A program made the translations under genes and the position numbers. DNA of 36,649 nt. Origin: a bacterium. Lineage in GTDB: Bacteria; Patescibacteriota; Minisyncoccia; Phycocordibacterales; GCA-002787175. The stretch's first letter is position 1. Each line of letters begins with the position of its first letter. Under the pieces are notes generated by a model, which did not search any database, was not told where the DNA came from, and worked only from the letters and a program-made list of their open reading frames with translations. Below are positions 7,871-16,418 of the stretch, piece by piece. The DNA lies in contig JAUYJM010000007.1 in NCBI GenBank assembly GCA_030689285.1, positions 1 to 36,649 on the forward strand, read 5' to 3'.

Positions 7871-8309
7871 AAGTGTTTGTCTCCTCCGAAAACAATTTTG
7901 ACGCATCGACTCCACGGACTCTCTGCCATATTGAAAATGCCGACAAGCCGCCTAAAAGATCCAAAAAAAGGTCTTTTACGGTATCAAAGCTGTAGCTTAC
8001 AAAACGGTATTCTATGATGCCTATACTATATTCAAATATCTCCCAAACTACTCCCACAAAAGCGGTGCCGAAAATAACCAATTTGAACATCTTGTCTCCG
8101 CCTTCTTTGTCTCGTAAATCATCGTAAGAAAGAAATTTTTTACCAAAAAGAACAAAAACAAATCCGATAAGAAGTCCGCCGAAAAAATGCATGGGAATAT
8201 CCAGCCAAAAATAGCGCCAATACAAGAAGAACTCCAACGCCAAAACGTGCGCGGTGGCTACGGACAGGCTTGTCAAAAATATCCAAAATATGAGTTTTCT
8301 TTCTGACAT
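7860..8309 (-). CDS. Conserved membrane protein
   Basis: About four hydrophobic segments; WLDIPMHFFGG, WEIFE, DTVKDL motifs. Confidence 0.8.
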   Translation of the reverse strand: MSERKLIFWIFLTSLSVATAHVLALEFFLYWRYFWLDIPMHFFGGLLIGFVFVLFGKKFLSYDDLRDKEGGDKMFKLVIFGTAFVGVVWEIFEYSIGIIEYRFVSYSFDTVKDLFLDLLGGLSAFSIWQRVRGVDASKLFSEETNTYEK

Positions 8310-8328
8310 GACATCCTATTAGTTCAAG

Positions 8329-8357
8329 AAAAACTCGCCCGACGAGGCGGACGAGCC
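8329..8357 (-). terminator. Intrinsic terminator after the 6S RNA
   Basis: Minus strand GGCTCGTCCG-CCTCGT-CGGGCGAGTTTTT. Confidence 0.7.
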
Positions 8358-8363
8358 TTTCTT

Positions 8364-8540
8364 AGGGTTACTTGAGAATATACCCTAAAAAAATTTAGGT
8401 GGGTGCCCTCAGCTTCACTTATCTGAAGACTTTTGGACGCACAGAGGGAAATTCCGCGCGTTCAAAAGTCCTCATCAAAGCGAAAACGATTTGGGCTCCC
8501 TAAAAAAGAGGTATAGAGTTTTTATCACAAGTAACCCTGT
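8364..8540 (-). ncRNA. ssrS: 6S RNA (probable)
   Basis: ~177 nt rod with closing stem AGGGTTACTTG/CAAGTAACCCT; GGGAGCCC (8493-8500) and GAGGGCACCCACCT (8397-8410) match the Bacillus 6S-1 motifs as recalled; apical stem GACTTTTGAACGC/GCGTCCAAAAGTC. Confidence 0.82.
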
Positions 8541-8544
8541 ATAT

Positions 8545-8574
8545 ATTATAACTCTCAATCGCTCTGAAATGCAA
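8545..8574 (-). promoter_or_regulatory. Sigma70 promoter of the 6S RNA
   Basis: TTGCAT (8574-8569), 18 nt spacer, TATAAT (8550-8545). Confidence 0.75.
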
Positions 8575-8691
8575 CAACAACGCGAAGGTTAGTTGTAACT
8601 TTATATGCCGATGCGCCGTAATGCAAAATATTCAAACGAATACGACAGAAATTTTTATGGAAATGAGGAGGGGGCACGCCAAGACTGCAAA

Positions 8692-9294
8692 TCATTCCAA
8701 GATTCCGTCAATATTTACATCATAAAGTATGGATTCCTGAACCAAGCGGTAATTTATGATTTCTTCCGGTTTAAACCAGTGAGCGATTTCGTCTTCCGCT
8801 TCTTTTACCGACCCTGAAGCGTGAATCAAATTTCTGACGGCGCGGCTGTCTGAATCGGCCATAGCGTAAGAATCCAATACAAAATCCCCCCTAATCGTAC
8901 CCACATCGGAAGAACGGGGTTCCGTGCCTCCCGTCATCTTTCTTATAAGTTCCACCGCGTGAGCTCCTTGCCATACCATAGCGACCACAGGTCCGCTTGT
9001 CATATACTTTTTAAGACTTTCAATGACTCTGTCGCCGACCTCAATCGGGTCCAAAGATGGCGGTTTTTGGCCTTTTTTCTGATAGCTTTCTATGGCTTTC
9101 TCGCCCACCAGACGTTTCCAATTCGGGTCTATAGAATAATGCGCTTCTATGTGCTCGGGTGTCGGCACAAGCATTTTTATGGCTACAAGTTTTAACCCAA
9201 GTCTCTCGTAACGCTTGACAATCTCTCCCGTAAGAGTTCGTTGGATGCCGTCCGGCTTTATTACAACCAGAGTTTTTTCGTGTCTAAAATGCAT
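8692..9294 (-). CDS. ndk: Nucleoside diphosphate kinase
   Basis: EKTLVVIKPDG, SGPVVAMVW, GTIRGDF, RNLIHASGS. Confidence 0.96.
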   Translation of the reverse strand: MHFRHEKTLVVIKPDGIQRTLTGEIVKRYERLGLKLVAIKMLVPTPEHIEAHYSIDPNWKRLVGEKAIESYQKKGQKPPSLDPIEVGDRVIESLKKYMTSGPVVAMVWQGAHAVELIRKMTGGTEPRSSDVGTIRGDFVLDSYAMADSDSRAVRNLIHASGSVKEAEDEIAHWFKPEEIINYRLVQESILYDVNIDGILE

Positions 9295-9300
9295 GCGGTA

Positions 9301-9329
9301 AGTATAAAGTCAAAGGTAAAAAGTGTAAA
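9301..9329 (-). promoter_or_regulatory. Promoter giving a probable leaderless ndk mRNA
   Basis: TTTACA-17-TATACT-6 nt-ATG. Confidence 0.6.
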
Positions 9330-9369
9330 GCGAAAAAATCAGTGTCTGCCCGTGTAGAGACGGAAACTT

Positions 9370-10182
9370 TTAGACGCCTAAAAATGGCGTTAAAATTTCC
9401 GGTCCCTTGCTTGTAATAGCTATCGTTTGTTCAAAATGGGCCGCGATAGCACCGTCTTTCGTTCTATAAGTGAAACCGTCCTCGTCCAAACAGACGTCTC
9501 CCTTCCCCAAAGTAAACATCGGTTCTATTGCCAATACCATACCAGGTAAGAGCCTCTCCCCTTTTCCAGATTGCCCGTAATTTGGCACAAACGGCTCTTC
9601 GTGGACTTTGTACCCCACGCCGTGACCGGCCAGGTCTCTGACGATTCCGAATCCAAACGGTTTTACGAAATTTTCTATTGCCGCCCCTATATCTCCAACC
9701 GTATTACCCGGCCTTGCCTCTTTTATTCCTTGAGCGAGCGCATCTCTCGTAACTTTAATCAACTCAATCTTTTTATCCTCGTCTGGCTGTCTTTTTTTGT
9801 TTGTTATTTCGCGGTCATAGGTCACTAAAACCGTCACCGCCATATCGGTAATCATTCCCCTATGACAGAGACCGCAGTCCAGAGACACAACGTCCCCTTC
9901 CGCTAGGACAATCTCCTTTTCGTTGGGAATTCCATGCACTACGGCATCATTTACAGACACGCAAACGCTTGCCGGAAAAGCCCGCGCGGCGCCATTCGGT
10001 TTATAGTTTAAAAAAGCTCCTTCATCGCCCAAATTTTTTATTTTTTCCTCCGCTATGCGGTTTAGACTGTTCGCCGAGACTTTGGAAACGGCGGCAACCG
10101 AAAGGTCTCGTAAGAGTTCGGCCAGTCGCGATCCTCCTTCCCGCAAGATATCTATTTCTTTTTCCGTTTTCAAGCGTATCAT
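9370..10182 (-). CDS. map: Methionine aminopeptidase type I
   Basis: CVSVNDAVVHGIP, DLAGHGVG..HEEP, LAIEPM, AHFEQT. Confidence 0.97.
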   Translation of the reverse strand: MIRLKTEKEIDILREGGSRLAELLRDLSVAAVSKVSANSLNRIAEEKIKNLGDEGAFLNYKPNGAARAFPASVCVSVNDAVVHGIPNEKEIVLAEGDVVSLDCGLCHRGMITDMAVTVLVTYDREITNKKRQPDEDKKIELIKVTRDALAQGIKEARPGNTVGDIGAAIENFVKPFGFGIVRDLAGHGVGYKVHEEPFVPNYGQSGKGERLLPGMVLAIEPMFTLGKGDVCLDEDGFTYRTKDGAIAAHFEQTIAITSKGPEILTPFLGV

Positions 10183-10793
10183 CTTAGAGAATTTGAGTAC
10201 GCTTTTATCTTGCCCACTATATCCTCATGCACTTTCTCAACCGTCTGTTCGCCGTTTATTTCAAAAAAAACCATACTTTTGTTTTGATTTTCTTCAAAAT
10301 AGGCGATAGCAGGCACCACATTTTGATAGTACCAATCCAAACGCCTGTTTATGGAACTTTCGGTGTCATCCTCTCGCCCCCTTTCCGTAAGTCTTTTGAA
10401 AGACCATTCACGATTCACGTTTATGAAAATCACAAAAATCGGCTTGAATCTGTAAAATTCTAAAGCGTTGGCGAGAATCGGCGCTTCCGCCACTCGTCTG
10501 GAAAGCCCGTCCGCAATCAAATTTTCTTCCCCTGTAAAATTGTCTATTATAAACGACGACCAAATCCAAATCGGAAAAAATTCTGGAAAAAGGCCGCCAT
10601 GTTCCAAAACTTCTCTTGTTAATTTATTTGTGTACCCGTCTTTTTCGTTAAATTTTCTGGCCAATCCGCCTGTCTCTATGTAAATGGATTTCCTACCGGA
10701 GTTTTTTTCCAAATACTCCTTTATTAAGTTTGCTTGAGTACCTTTACCGGAACCGGATGGTCCGAAAAATAAAAAAGCGGATGGTGATTCCAT
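10179..10793 (-). CDS. adk: Adenylate kinase / NMP kinase (alternative TTG start 10826)
   Basis: GPSGSGKGTQA P-loop, RGREDD; located between secY and map. Confidence 0.9.
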   Translation of the reverse strand: MESPSAFLFFGPSGSGKGTQANLIKEYLEKNSGRKSIYIETGGLARKFNEKDGYTNKLTREVLEHGGLFPEFFPIWIWSSFIIDNFTGEENLIADGLSRRVAEAPILANALEFYRFKPIFVIFINVNREWSFKRLTERGREDDTESSINRRLDWYYQNVVPAIAYFEENQNKSMVFFEINGEQTVEKVHEDIVGKIKAYSNSLR

Positions 10794-10845
10794 AAAATAA
10801 AGATAGGTGTTTTTAAAGTTGCTCAATTATAACTTAAATCTGCCT

Positions 10846-12123
10846 TTAATACTCCCTCATTGAAACCTGCGCGTCTATCTTCTTTACGAGGTCAGTGACC
10901 ACAGAAACCGCTATAAGAAGCGCTGTGCCGCCTATCGCGAGAGTGGCGTTACCGGTTACCCCTTGCATAATAAGAGGTAAAACAGCTATAGCGCCGAGAA
11001 AAAGCGCCCCTACCAAAGTTATTCTAGTGAGCACTTGAGAAACATATTTCGCCGTAGTCTGGCCGGGACGCACCCCGGGAATGAAAGCGCCGTTTTTTTG
11101 CAAATTTGTGGACAAAGCATCGGGGTCAAAGGTGATGGCGGTGTAGAAATAAGTGAAGAAAAATACCAAAATAAAATAAAGAGACGAATAAAACCACGGG
11201 TTCTGAAGCACCGATAGCGCGACCGAAGAGACTGCAGACACTATGTCGTTTGGTATCCGAGACAGGAAGTTTATAACCATCTGTGGAAAAAATAGGATTG
11301 AAAGAGCGAATATTATGGGTATAACTCCCGCTTGATTGACTCTAAGCGGCAGATAAGTGGATATGCCCCCATAGACCTTCATACCGCGCACTCTTTTCGC
11401 GTAAGTTACGGGAATGGGTCTCTCGGCTTCAGTTACAATCACGACCCCTAGAACTATGAGGCAGGCAAGAAAAAGAAAACCTAAGAAAATCGGTATCTGA
11501 GACGGGTCGGCCGACAACTGATAAAAAAGCTGCGTGGCGGAACTCGGAATACTGGCGACGATTCCGGCAAAGATTATGAGCGAGACTCCGTTACCGATGC
11601 CAAACTCGCTTATAAGCTCTCCCAGCCACATCAGTAAAATAGAACCCGCCATTATTACCAGTATGTTTGTTATAACCTGTATAGGTAAAAGGTTACCTAC
11701 CACACCCTGACTCTGAAGCAAGGTCAGAAAAGCGAATCCTTGAATAAGGGCCAGAGGAACAGTCAAAAGTCTTGAGTATTGGCTGAACTTTCTCCTGCCC
11801 GCCTCGCCTTCTTCGTGATAAAGGGCTTTGAGCTTGGGCGACATCATAGTAAGAAGCTGCATTATGATAGACGCTGTAATATAGGGCCCCACCCCGAGCA
11901 TAACCAAAGAAAAATTTGAAAGTCCGCCGCCGGAAAATACGTTAAAAAGACCCAAAAGTTGGTTTCCCGCCAAAAATTCGTCTAGCCGGCCTTGGTCAAT
12001 GCCGGGAATGGGGATTGAAGCAAGAAATCTGAAAATAGCCAGCACCGCGAGCACGAAAAAGATTTTTCGGCGAAGACCGCGGTCATTGAAAAGCAAAGTG
12101 ATTTTTTGTCCAAAGTCGCTCAT
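10846..12123 (-). CDS. secY: Preprotein translocase SecY
   Basis: LGVGPYITASII, GIGNGVSLIIFAGI, FIPGVRPG. Confidence 0.99.
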   Translation of the reverse strand: MSDFGQKITLLFNDRGLRRKIFFVLAVLAIFRFLASIPIPGIDQGRLDEFLAGNQLLGLFNVFSGGGLSNFSLVMLGVGPYITASIIMQLLTMMSPKLKALYHEEGEAGRRKFSQYSRLLTVPLALIQGFAFLTLLQSQGVVGNLLPIQVITNILVIMAGSILLMWLGELISEFGIGNGVSLIIFAGIVASIPSSATQLFYQLSADPSQIPIFLGFLFLACLIVLGVVIVTEAERPIPVTYAKRVRGMKVYGGISTYLPLRVNQAGVIPIIFALSILFFPQMVINFLSRIPNDIVSAVSSVALSVLQNPWFYSSLYFILVFFFTYFYTAITFDPDALSTNLQKNGAFIPGVRPGQTTAKYVSQVLTRITLVGALFLGAIAVLPLIMQGVTGNATLAIGGTALLIAVSVVTDLVKKIDAQVSMREY

Positions 12124-12129
12124 AATTTT

Positions 12130-12573
12130 TTACAGAGATACGGTGCCCCCGGCCGCTTCTATTTTTTCCTTAGCAGAAACTGAAACCGCGCAATTGACTA
12201 CCGAAAGTTTCTTTGTAATAGTCCCTTCTCCCAAAATTTTAACGGAAAATTTAGAGTCTTTGCCTCCGGACAAAACTTTTTTCCTCGCAAGTTCTTGCGG
12301 ACTGACCTTTTCTCCGTCAGAAAAATGCTTTTCTAAAACTTCCAAGTTTACCACCAAGGGCTTTATTTTGAAGCTTTTAAACATGTTTTTGCCTCGACCG
12401 CGCATTTTGGGAAGCTTTTTTATAAAATCGCGAAATTCCGGCCTGATTTTTCTTCCAGCCCTGGCTTTTTGCCCCTTGGTACCGCGCCCGGAGGTTTTAC
12501 CGCGCTTGCCGCCGCGTCCGACTTGCGTGGACTTTTTGTTTGGGTGTTTTCTTTTTAGGTTGTTTATTTGCAT
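12130..12573 (-). CDS. rplO: 50S ribosomal protein L15
   Basis: VGRGGKRGKTSGRGTKGQKAR, KILGEG, AKEKIEAAGG. Confidence 0.97.
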   Translation of the reverse strand: MQINNLKRKHPNKKSTQVGRGGKRGKTSGRGTKGQKARAGRKIRPEFRDFIKKLPKMRGRGKNMFKSFKIKPLVVNLEVLEKHFSDGEKVSPQELARKKVLSGGKDSKFSVKILGEGTITKKLSVVNCAVSVSAKEKIEAAGGTVSL

Positions 12574-12617
12574 AGAAGATATGACTTTTTTAAGTCTCTG
12601 TTCTCAAAATTTATATA

Positions 12618-13232
12618 CTATTTACTCTCTTGTATCAAAACACTAGTCTCTCCGGACGATTCAGTCAAAGCTTTCGGTGCGCGGGATTTAAGCGAGAGCA
12701 AAGTGAGGGCTTTAACGGTTGCCTGCGCGATATTCAACTTGTTCTTGCTTCCAGAAAACACTTTGCCAACCACATCCCTTAAACCAGCAAGCGAAAGTAC
12801 GTCTCTAACGGCGCTTCCGGCCACAAGACCCTTTCCGGGTGAAGGCATAAGCGCGATGCGAGCGCTTGAATATTTTACGGCAATCTCATGAGGTATTGAA
12901 CCTGACTTAGTGGGACTCGCTGAAATCATATTTTTCTTGGCATTTTTTATCGCTTTCTCTATAGCTAAAGAGGTGTCTCCGGCCTTGCCAGTACCGACAC
13001 CGACCCTACCTTTTTTGTCTCCTATAACTATAGCCACACTGAAGCTGAATCTTCTTCCTCCTGCGGCCACTCTTGTTACGCGTCTTATAGCCAGAATCTT
13101 TTGAGCGAATTCAGGCCTTCTGTCTTCACGGACAGGACGCCTTCTTGTGTTTTTGGTAAATTCGCGGCTACCGGATGTATTTGGCCCTCTGCCTTGTTTT
13201 TGTTGCGGTTGAGATTGTTTCAATTTGTCCAT
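12618..13232 (-). CDS. rpsE: 30S ribosomal protein S5
   Basis: RVTRVAAGGRRFSF, GRVGVGTGKA. Confidence 0.98.
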   Translation of the reverse strand: MDKLKQSQPQQKQGRGPNTSGSREFTKNTRRRPVREDRRPEFAQKILAIRRVTRVAAGGRRFSFSVAIVIGDKKGRVGVGTGKAGDTSLAIEKAIKNAKKNMISASPTKSGSIPHEIAVKYSSARIALMPSPGKGLVAGSAVRDVLSLAGLRDVVGKVFSGSKNKLNIAQATVKALTLLSLKSRAPKALTESSGETSVLIQESK

Positions 13233-13237
13233 AAGAT

Positions 13238-13579
13238 TTAAAAAATTAACCCCCCCTTTCTCGCTCCGTCCGCGAAAGATTTTACAGCCCCAGCGTACAA
13301 GTAGCCAGCCCTGTCAAAAACAACGCTTTTTATGCCTTTTTCTTTGGCCCGCTTGGCAATTACACTGCCGGCGGCCTCTGCCTTTTCAACCCTAGTTCCA
13401 TTTTTCTCTCCGCGAGTGGAAATTGAAACCAGAGTACTGCCGGAACTGTCATCTATTATTTGGCCTGAAATGTAACGATTGGAACGAAAAACCGAAAGGC
13501 GAGGACGGTTGGCCGTACCTTTTACCTTTGCGCGAATGCGCTTGTGTCTGGTTATTCTATTGTCGGAATTAGATTTCAT
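13238..13579 (-). CDS. rplR: 50S ribosomal protein L18
   Basis: RPRLSVFRSN, VVFDRAGYLYAG. Confidence 0.98.
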   Translation of the reverse strand: MKSNSDNRITRHKRIRAKVKGTANRPRLSVFRSNRYISGQIIDDSSGSTLVSISTRGEKNGTRVEKAEAAGSVIAKRAKEKGIKSVVFDRAGYLYAGAVKSFADGARKGGLIF

Positions 13580-13583
13580 CAAA

Positions 13584-13677
13584 TTAGTTCTTCAAGTTCA
13601 TAAAGTTTAAAGTTTATAAAGTATTTGTCTCTTTGGCCTTACCTGATGAACTTTACAAACTTGACAGACTTTTAACT
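13584..13677 (-). repeat. Intergenic palindromic 9-mer repeat, family A copy 1
   Basis: AAGTTYATA-type units, central core, then inverted AACTTTA-type units. Confidence 0.85.
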
Positions 13678-13679
13678 CT

Positions 13680-14213
13680 TTATGCTGTTTTCTTTCCTTC
13701 CTTCCTTCTGACCACCTCGTCTTCGTATCTCATACCTTTTCCCTTATAAGGTTCAGGTTTCTTTTTGTCGCGCAGTCTTGCGGCAAACTGCCCCACTTGC
13801 TCTTTGTCAATTCCCGAAACAGTGATTAAGCTTTTTTCCACTACAACAGCGATTCCTTCCGGAATCGCGACAGACACGGGATGAGAAAATCCAAGTTGCA
13901 TCACAATGTCTTTACCTTTCACTTCAGCCCTGAAGCCAACGCCTTCCAATATCAGTTTTTTTTCGTAAGGAGTCACTACCCCTTTTATCATATTTTGAAT
14001 ATGAGACGAATAAGTGCCCCAAAGCATCTTGGAAAACACAGTCTCCTCTTTCGGCTTCAAGACAATTCCTTCAGGAGTCTTCTCTATTGAAATGAGAGGT
14101 AAAAAATTTCTGGTTAAAACTCCTTTGGGCCCCTTCACCGCAAAAGAACCGTCAGTGAGAGTAACCTCGGTTTGCGCTGGTATGGGTATTATTTTTTTGC
14201 CGATTCGCGACAT
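13680..14213 (-). CDS. rplF: 50S ribosomal protein L6
   Basis: MSRIGK, KGPKG, PEPYKGKG. Confidence 0.99.
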   Translation of the reverse strand: MSRIGKKIIPIPAQTEVTLTDGSFAVKGPKGVLTRNFLPLISIEKTPEGIVLKPKEETVFSKMLWGTYSSHIQNMIKGVVTPYEKKLILEGVGFRAEVKGKDIVMQLGFSHPVSVAIPEGIAVVVEKSLITVSGIDKEQVGQFAARLRDKKKPEPYKGKGMRYEDEVVRRKEGKKTA

Positions 14214-14215
14214 AA

Positions 14216-14310
14216 ATAAGTTTATAAAGTTATAAAGTTTAAAAGTTTATAAAGTATTCGGCTCTTTGGTTTTGCTTGATGAACTTTATGAACTTGATAA
14301 ACTTTCTAAT
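14216..14310 (-). repeat. Intergenic palindromic 9-mer repeat, family A copy 2
   Basis: AAAGTTTATAAAGTATT..CTCTTTGG...TGATGAACTTTA shared with copies 1 and 3. Confidence 0.85.
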
Positions 14311-14314
14311 CTCT

Positions 14315-14695
14315 TTACCATATTTCAAATAAAGGTTCTCCTCCCAGCCTTTCTTTTCTGGCATCCTCTCCGGTCATAATTCCCCGAGGCGTAGACACCG
14401 CCACTTTTCCGTAACCTTGTTTTACCCTCCTTATGTCAGATGCTCTTATGTAAACCCTTTGCGAAGGCTTGGAGACCCTTCTCACTCCCTCTATCTTGGG
14501 AAGACCTCCGTCGTAAGCTAAAACCACTTTGATTTCTCTGCTCTTTTCCTTTCTGGAAAAATCAGAAATAAAGCCGTTCCTCTTCATAAGACCTAAAATG
14601 GATTCGTTCAAGTTGGAAGCCGGAATGAATACCGACTGCTTTCCCGCCTTATTGGCGTTTTGTATCTTTGTTATGATGTTTGAAATTTTGTCCAT
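14315..14695 (-). CDS. rpsH: 30S ribosomal protein S8
   Basis: RVSKPSQRVY, STPRGIMT, GGE. Confidence 0.97.
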   Translation of the reverse strand: MDKISNIITKIQNANKAGKQSVFIPASNLNESILGLMKRNGFISDFSRKEKSREIKVVLAYDGGLPKIEGVRRVSKPSQRVYIRASDIRRVKQGYGKVAVSTPRGIMTGEDARKERLGGEPLFEIW

Positions 14696-14705
14696 AATTT
14701 TTGTT

Positions 14706-14810
14706 CCGAAGTCGGCTCCAAACGATGCTCCCTAATTTTTCACCGTAAACATATTCATAATAGGTTCGGGCACTCTCCGTGTTTGCGGTCAAATCCGGAT
14801 CCGGACTTCC
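14706..14810. repeat. Nested hairpin / MITE-like spacer between rpsN and rpsH
   Basis: Terminal GAAGTC/GACTTC; inner ACCGTAAACA/TGTTTGCGGT. Confidence 0.5.
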
Positions 14811-14814
14811 AGGG

Positions 14815-15000
14815 TTACCAGCTTGACTTCTTTACCCCAGGTATCATTCCTTCGTTGGCGAATTCGCGAAAACATATTCTGCAAAGACCGAAATCCCTTA
14901 TGAAGCCGCGTTTCCTGCCGCAACGAAAACATCTGCGCACAATTCTACTGCTCCACTTCGGTTTTTTGACGCTCCTTGCTATTACTGATTTTTTTGCCAT
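14815..15000 (-). CDS. rpsN: 30S ribosomal protein S14, short zinc-binding type
   Basis: [30 protein letters not shown]. Confidence 0.97.
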   Translation of the reverse strand: MAKKSVIARSVKKPKWSSRIVRRCFRCGRKRGFIRDFGLCRICFREFANEGMIPGVKKSSW

Positions 15001-15023
15001 ATTTTTAGCAACAGGGTTACAAG

Positions 15024-15052
15024 ATATTAACAACAAAAACTTCTTGAGTCAA
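15024..15052 (-). promoter_or_regulatory. Internal promoter upstream of rpsN
   Basis: TTGACT-17-TAATAT in the rplE-rpsN gap. Confidence 0.6.
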
Positions 15053-15063
15053 GACTGCTTATG

Positions 15064-15621
15064 TTATGCTTCAAAACTAGGACTTCGGTCTTTCCGAAAA
15101 GGAAAATTTATGGCTTCCAGAAACCCGAATGTTTCCTCTTTTGTTTTTGAGCTGACAACCATCGTAACAGCCAATCCGAAAACATCTTTTATTTCCTCGT
15201 CTGAAGTTTCTGGAAATATCGTATGCTCCTTTATGCCGAGGGTTACGTTGCCCATATTGTCCACCACGGTTCTTTGGATGCCTCTGAAATCTTTAGTTCT
15301 GGGAAATCCTATATTTAAGAGCTTGCCTAAAAAGCCCTGCATTCTGCTTCCTCGTAAAACTACCTGGACACCTACAGGATCTCCTTGTCTGGTTTTAAAA
15401 GAGGCGATAGATTTTTTCGCGCCCCTAAGAACAGGTTTTTGCCCTGTAATCTTGGTTAGTCGGTCTAAGACAAGTTCAATTTTCTTTTTATCCTTAAATG
15501 ACCCGACTCCCACGCTCACAACCACCTTTTCTATCTTCGGTGTTTCCATGATATTAACATAACCGAATTTGTCTTTCATTTTAGCGAATATTTCTTTTTG
15601 TATGTTGTTTTTTAACGTCAT
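15064..15621 (-). CDS. rplE: 50S ribosomal protein L5
   Basis: PKIEKVVV, ITGQKP, AKKSIASFK, PRTKDFRG. Confidence 0.98.
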   Translation of the reverse strand: MTLKNNIQKEIFAKMKDKFGYVNIMETPKIEKVVVSVGVGSFKDKKKIELVLDRLTKITGQKPVLRGAKKSIASFKTRQGDPVGVQVVLRGSRMQGFLGKLLNIGFPRTKDFRGIQRTVVDNMGNVTLGIKEHTIFPETSDEEIKDVFGLAVTMVVSSKTKEETFGFLEAINFPFRKDRSPSFEA

Positions 15622-15646
15622 GTTATTTTGTAATGCGAAATCGGCG

Positions 15647-15946
15647 CTATATTGCACTGCCGCTTTTCTTGCTTACTCTTATCTTTTTGTCTCCTTCCAT
15701 TTTATAGCCGACTCTCACGGGCTTTCCGTTTTCCACAAGAGAAACATTGGACACGTCCACGGGCATCGCTACTTCCACGATTTGTCCCTTTCCGCTCGTT
15801 TTAGAGGCCTTTTTGTGCCTTTTAGCCATATTCAAACCGGATACGATGACTTTTCCGAGCTTTGGAAAAACCTCTGAAACAGCGCCTGTCTTGCCGCGCT
15901 CTTTTCCGGAAATCACTATTATATTGTCTCCTTTTTTGATTTTCAT
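15647..15946 (-). CDS. rplX: 50S ribosomal protein L24
   Basis: IKKGDNIIVISGKERGKTG, VSNV, RVGY. Confidence 0.98.
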   Translation of the reverse strand: MKIKKGDNIIVISGKERGKTGAVSEVFPKLGKVIVSGLNMAKRHKKASKTSGKGQIVEVAMPVDVSNVSLVENGKPVRVGYKMEGDKKIRVSKKSGSAI

Positions 15947-15948
15947 AT

Positions 15949-16320
15949 TTAAACTATTTCAGCCGCCTTTGAGCTAATCGTTTGATAACCAAACTCGGCC
16001 ATCTCCCTCGGTATTGGACCGAAAATGCGTCCGGCAATCGGTTCGGACTTGGCTTTATCCACTAAAACCACGGCATTCTCATCAAACCTGATATAAGAGC
16101 CGTCAGAGCGCCTAAACGGTTTTACCTGCCTTACCACCACCGCGTGGAAAACATCTTTTTTCTTGACGGTTTTTCTCGGTTCCGCCTTCTGCACCGAAAT
16201 GACGACTTTCTCTCCCAATTCCGCGTACCTTTTCTTTGAGCCTCCGAGTACTTTGAAAACGCGTCCGAATTTTGCGCCGGAGTTGTCCGCGATTTTCACG
16301 ATGGAACGAGGTTGAATCAT
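15949..16320 (-). CDS. rplN: 50S ribosomal protein L14
   Basis: MIQ..ADNSGAK, DGSYIRFDENA, RIFGP. Confidence 0.99.
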   Translation of the reverse strand: MIQPRSIVKIADNSGAKFGRVFKVLGGSKKRYAELGEKVVISVQKAEPRKTVKKKDVFHAVVVRQVKPFRRSDGSYIRFDENAVVLVDKAKSEPIAGRIFGPIPREMAEFGYQTISSKAAEIV

Positions 16321-16323
16321 AAG

Positions 16324-16418
16324 ATTAGTTCGTCAAGTTTATCAAGTTGAAAGTTCTTAAAGTATTCCGACTTTGCCTTACTTGATGAACTTTATGGACT
16401 TTATGAACTTTTAACTTT
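16324..16418 (-). repeat. Intergenic palindromic 9-mer repeat, family A copy 3 (overlaps rpsQ 3' end)
   Basis: AAGTTTATCAAGTTGAAAGTTCTTAAAGTATT...CTTACTTGATGAACTTTATGGACTTTATGAACTTTTAACTTT. Confidence 0.85.

Noticed and set aside
14783..15562. Long plus-strand ORFs opposite ribosomal genes (also 11999..12646 and 16417..16875)
   Set aside because: Antisense shadows of well-conserved minus-strand genes
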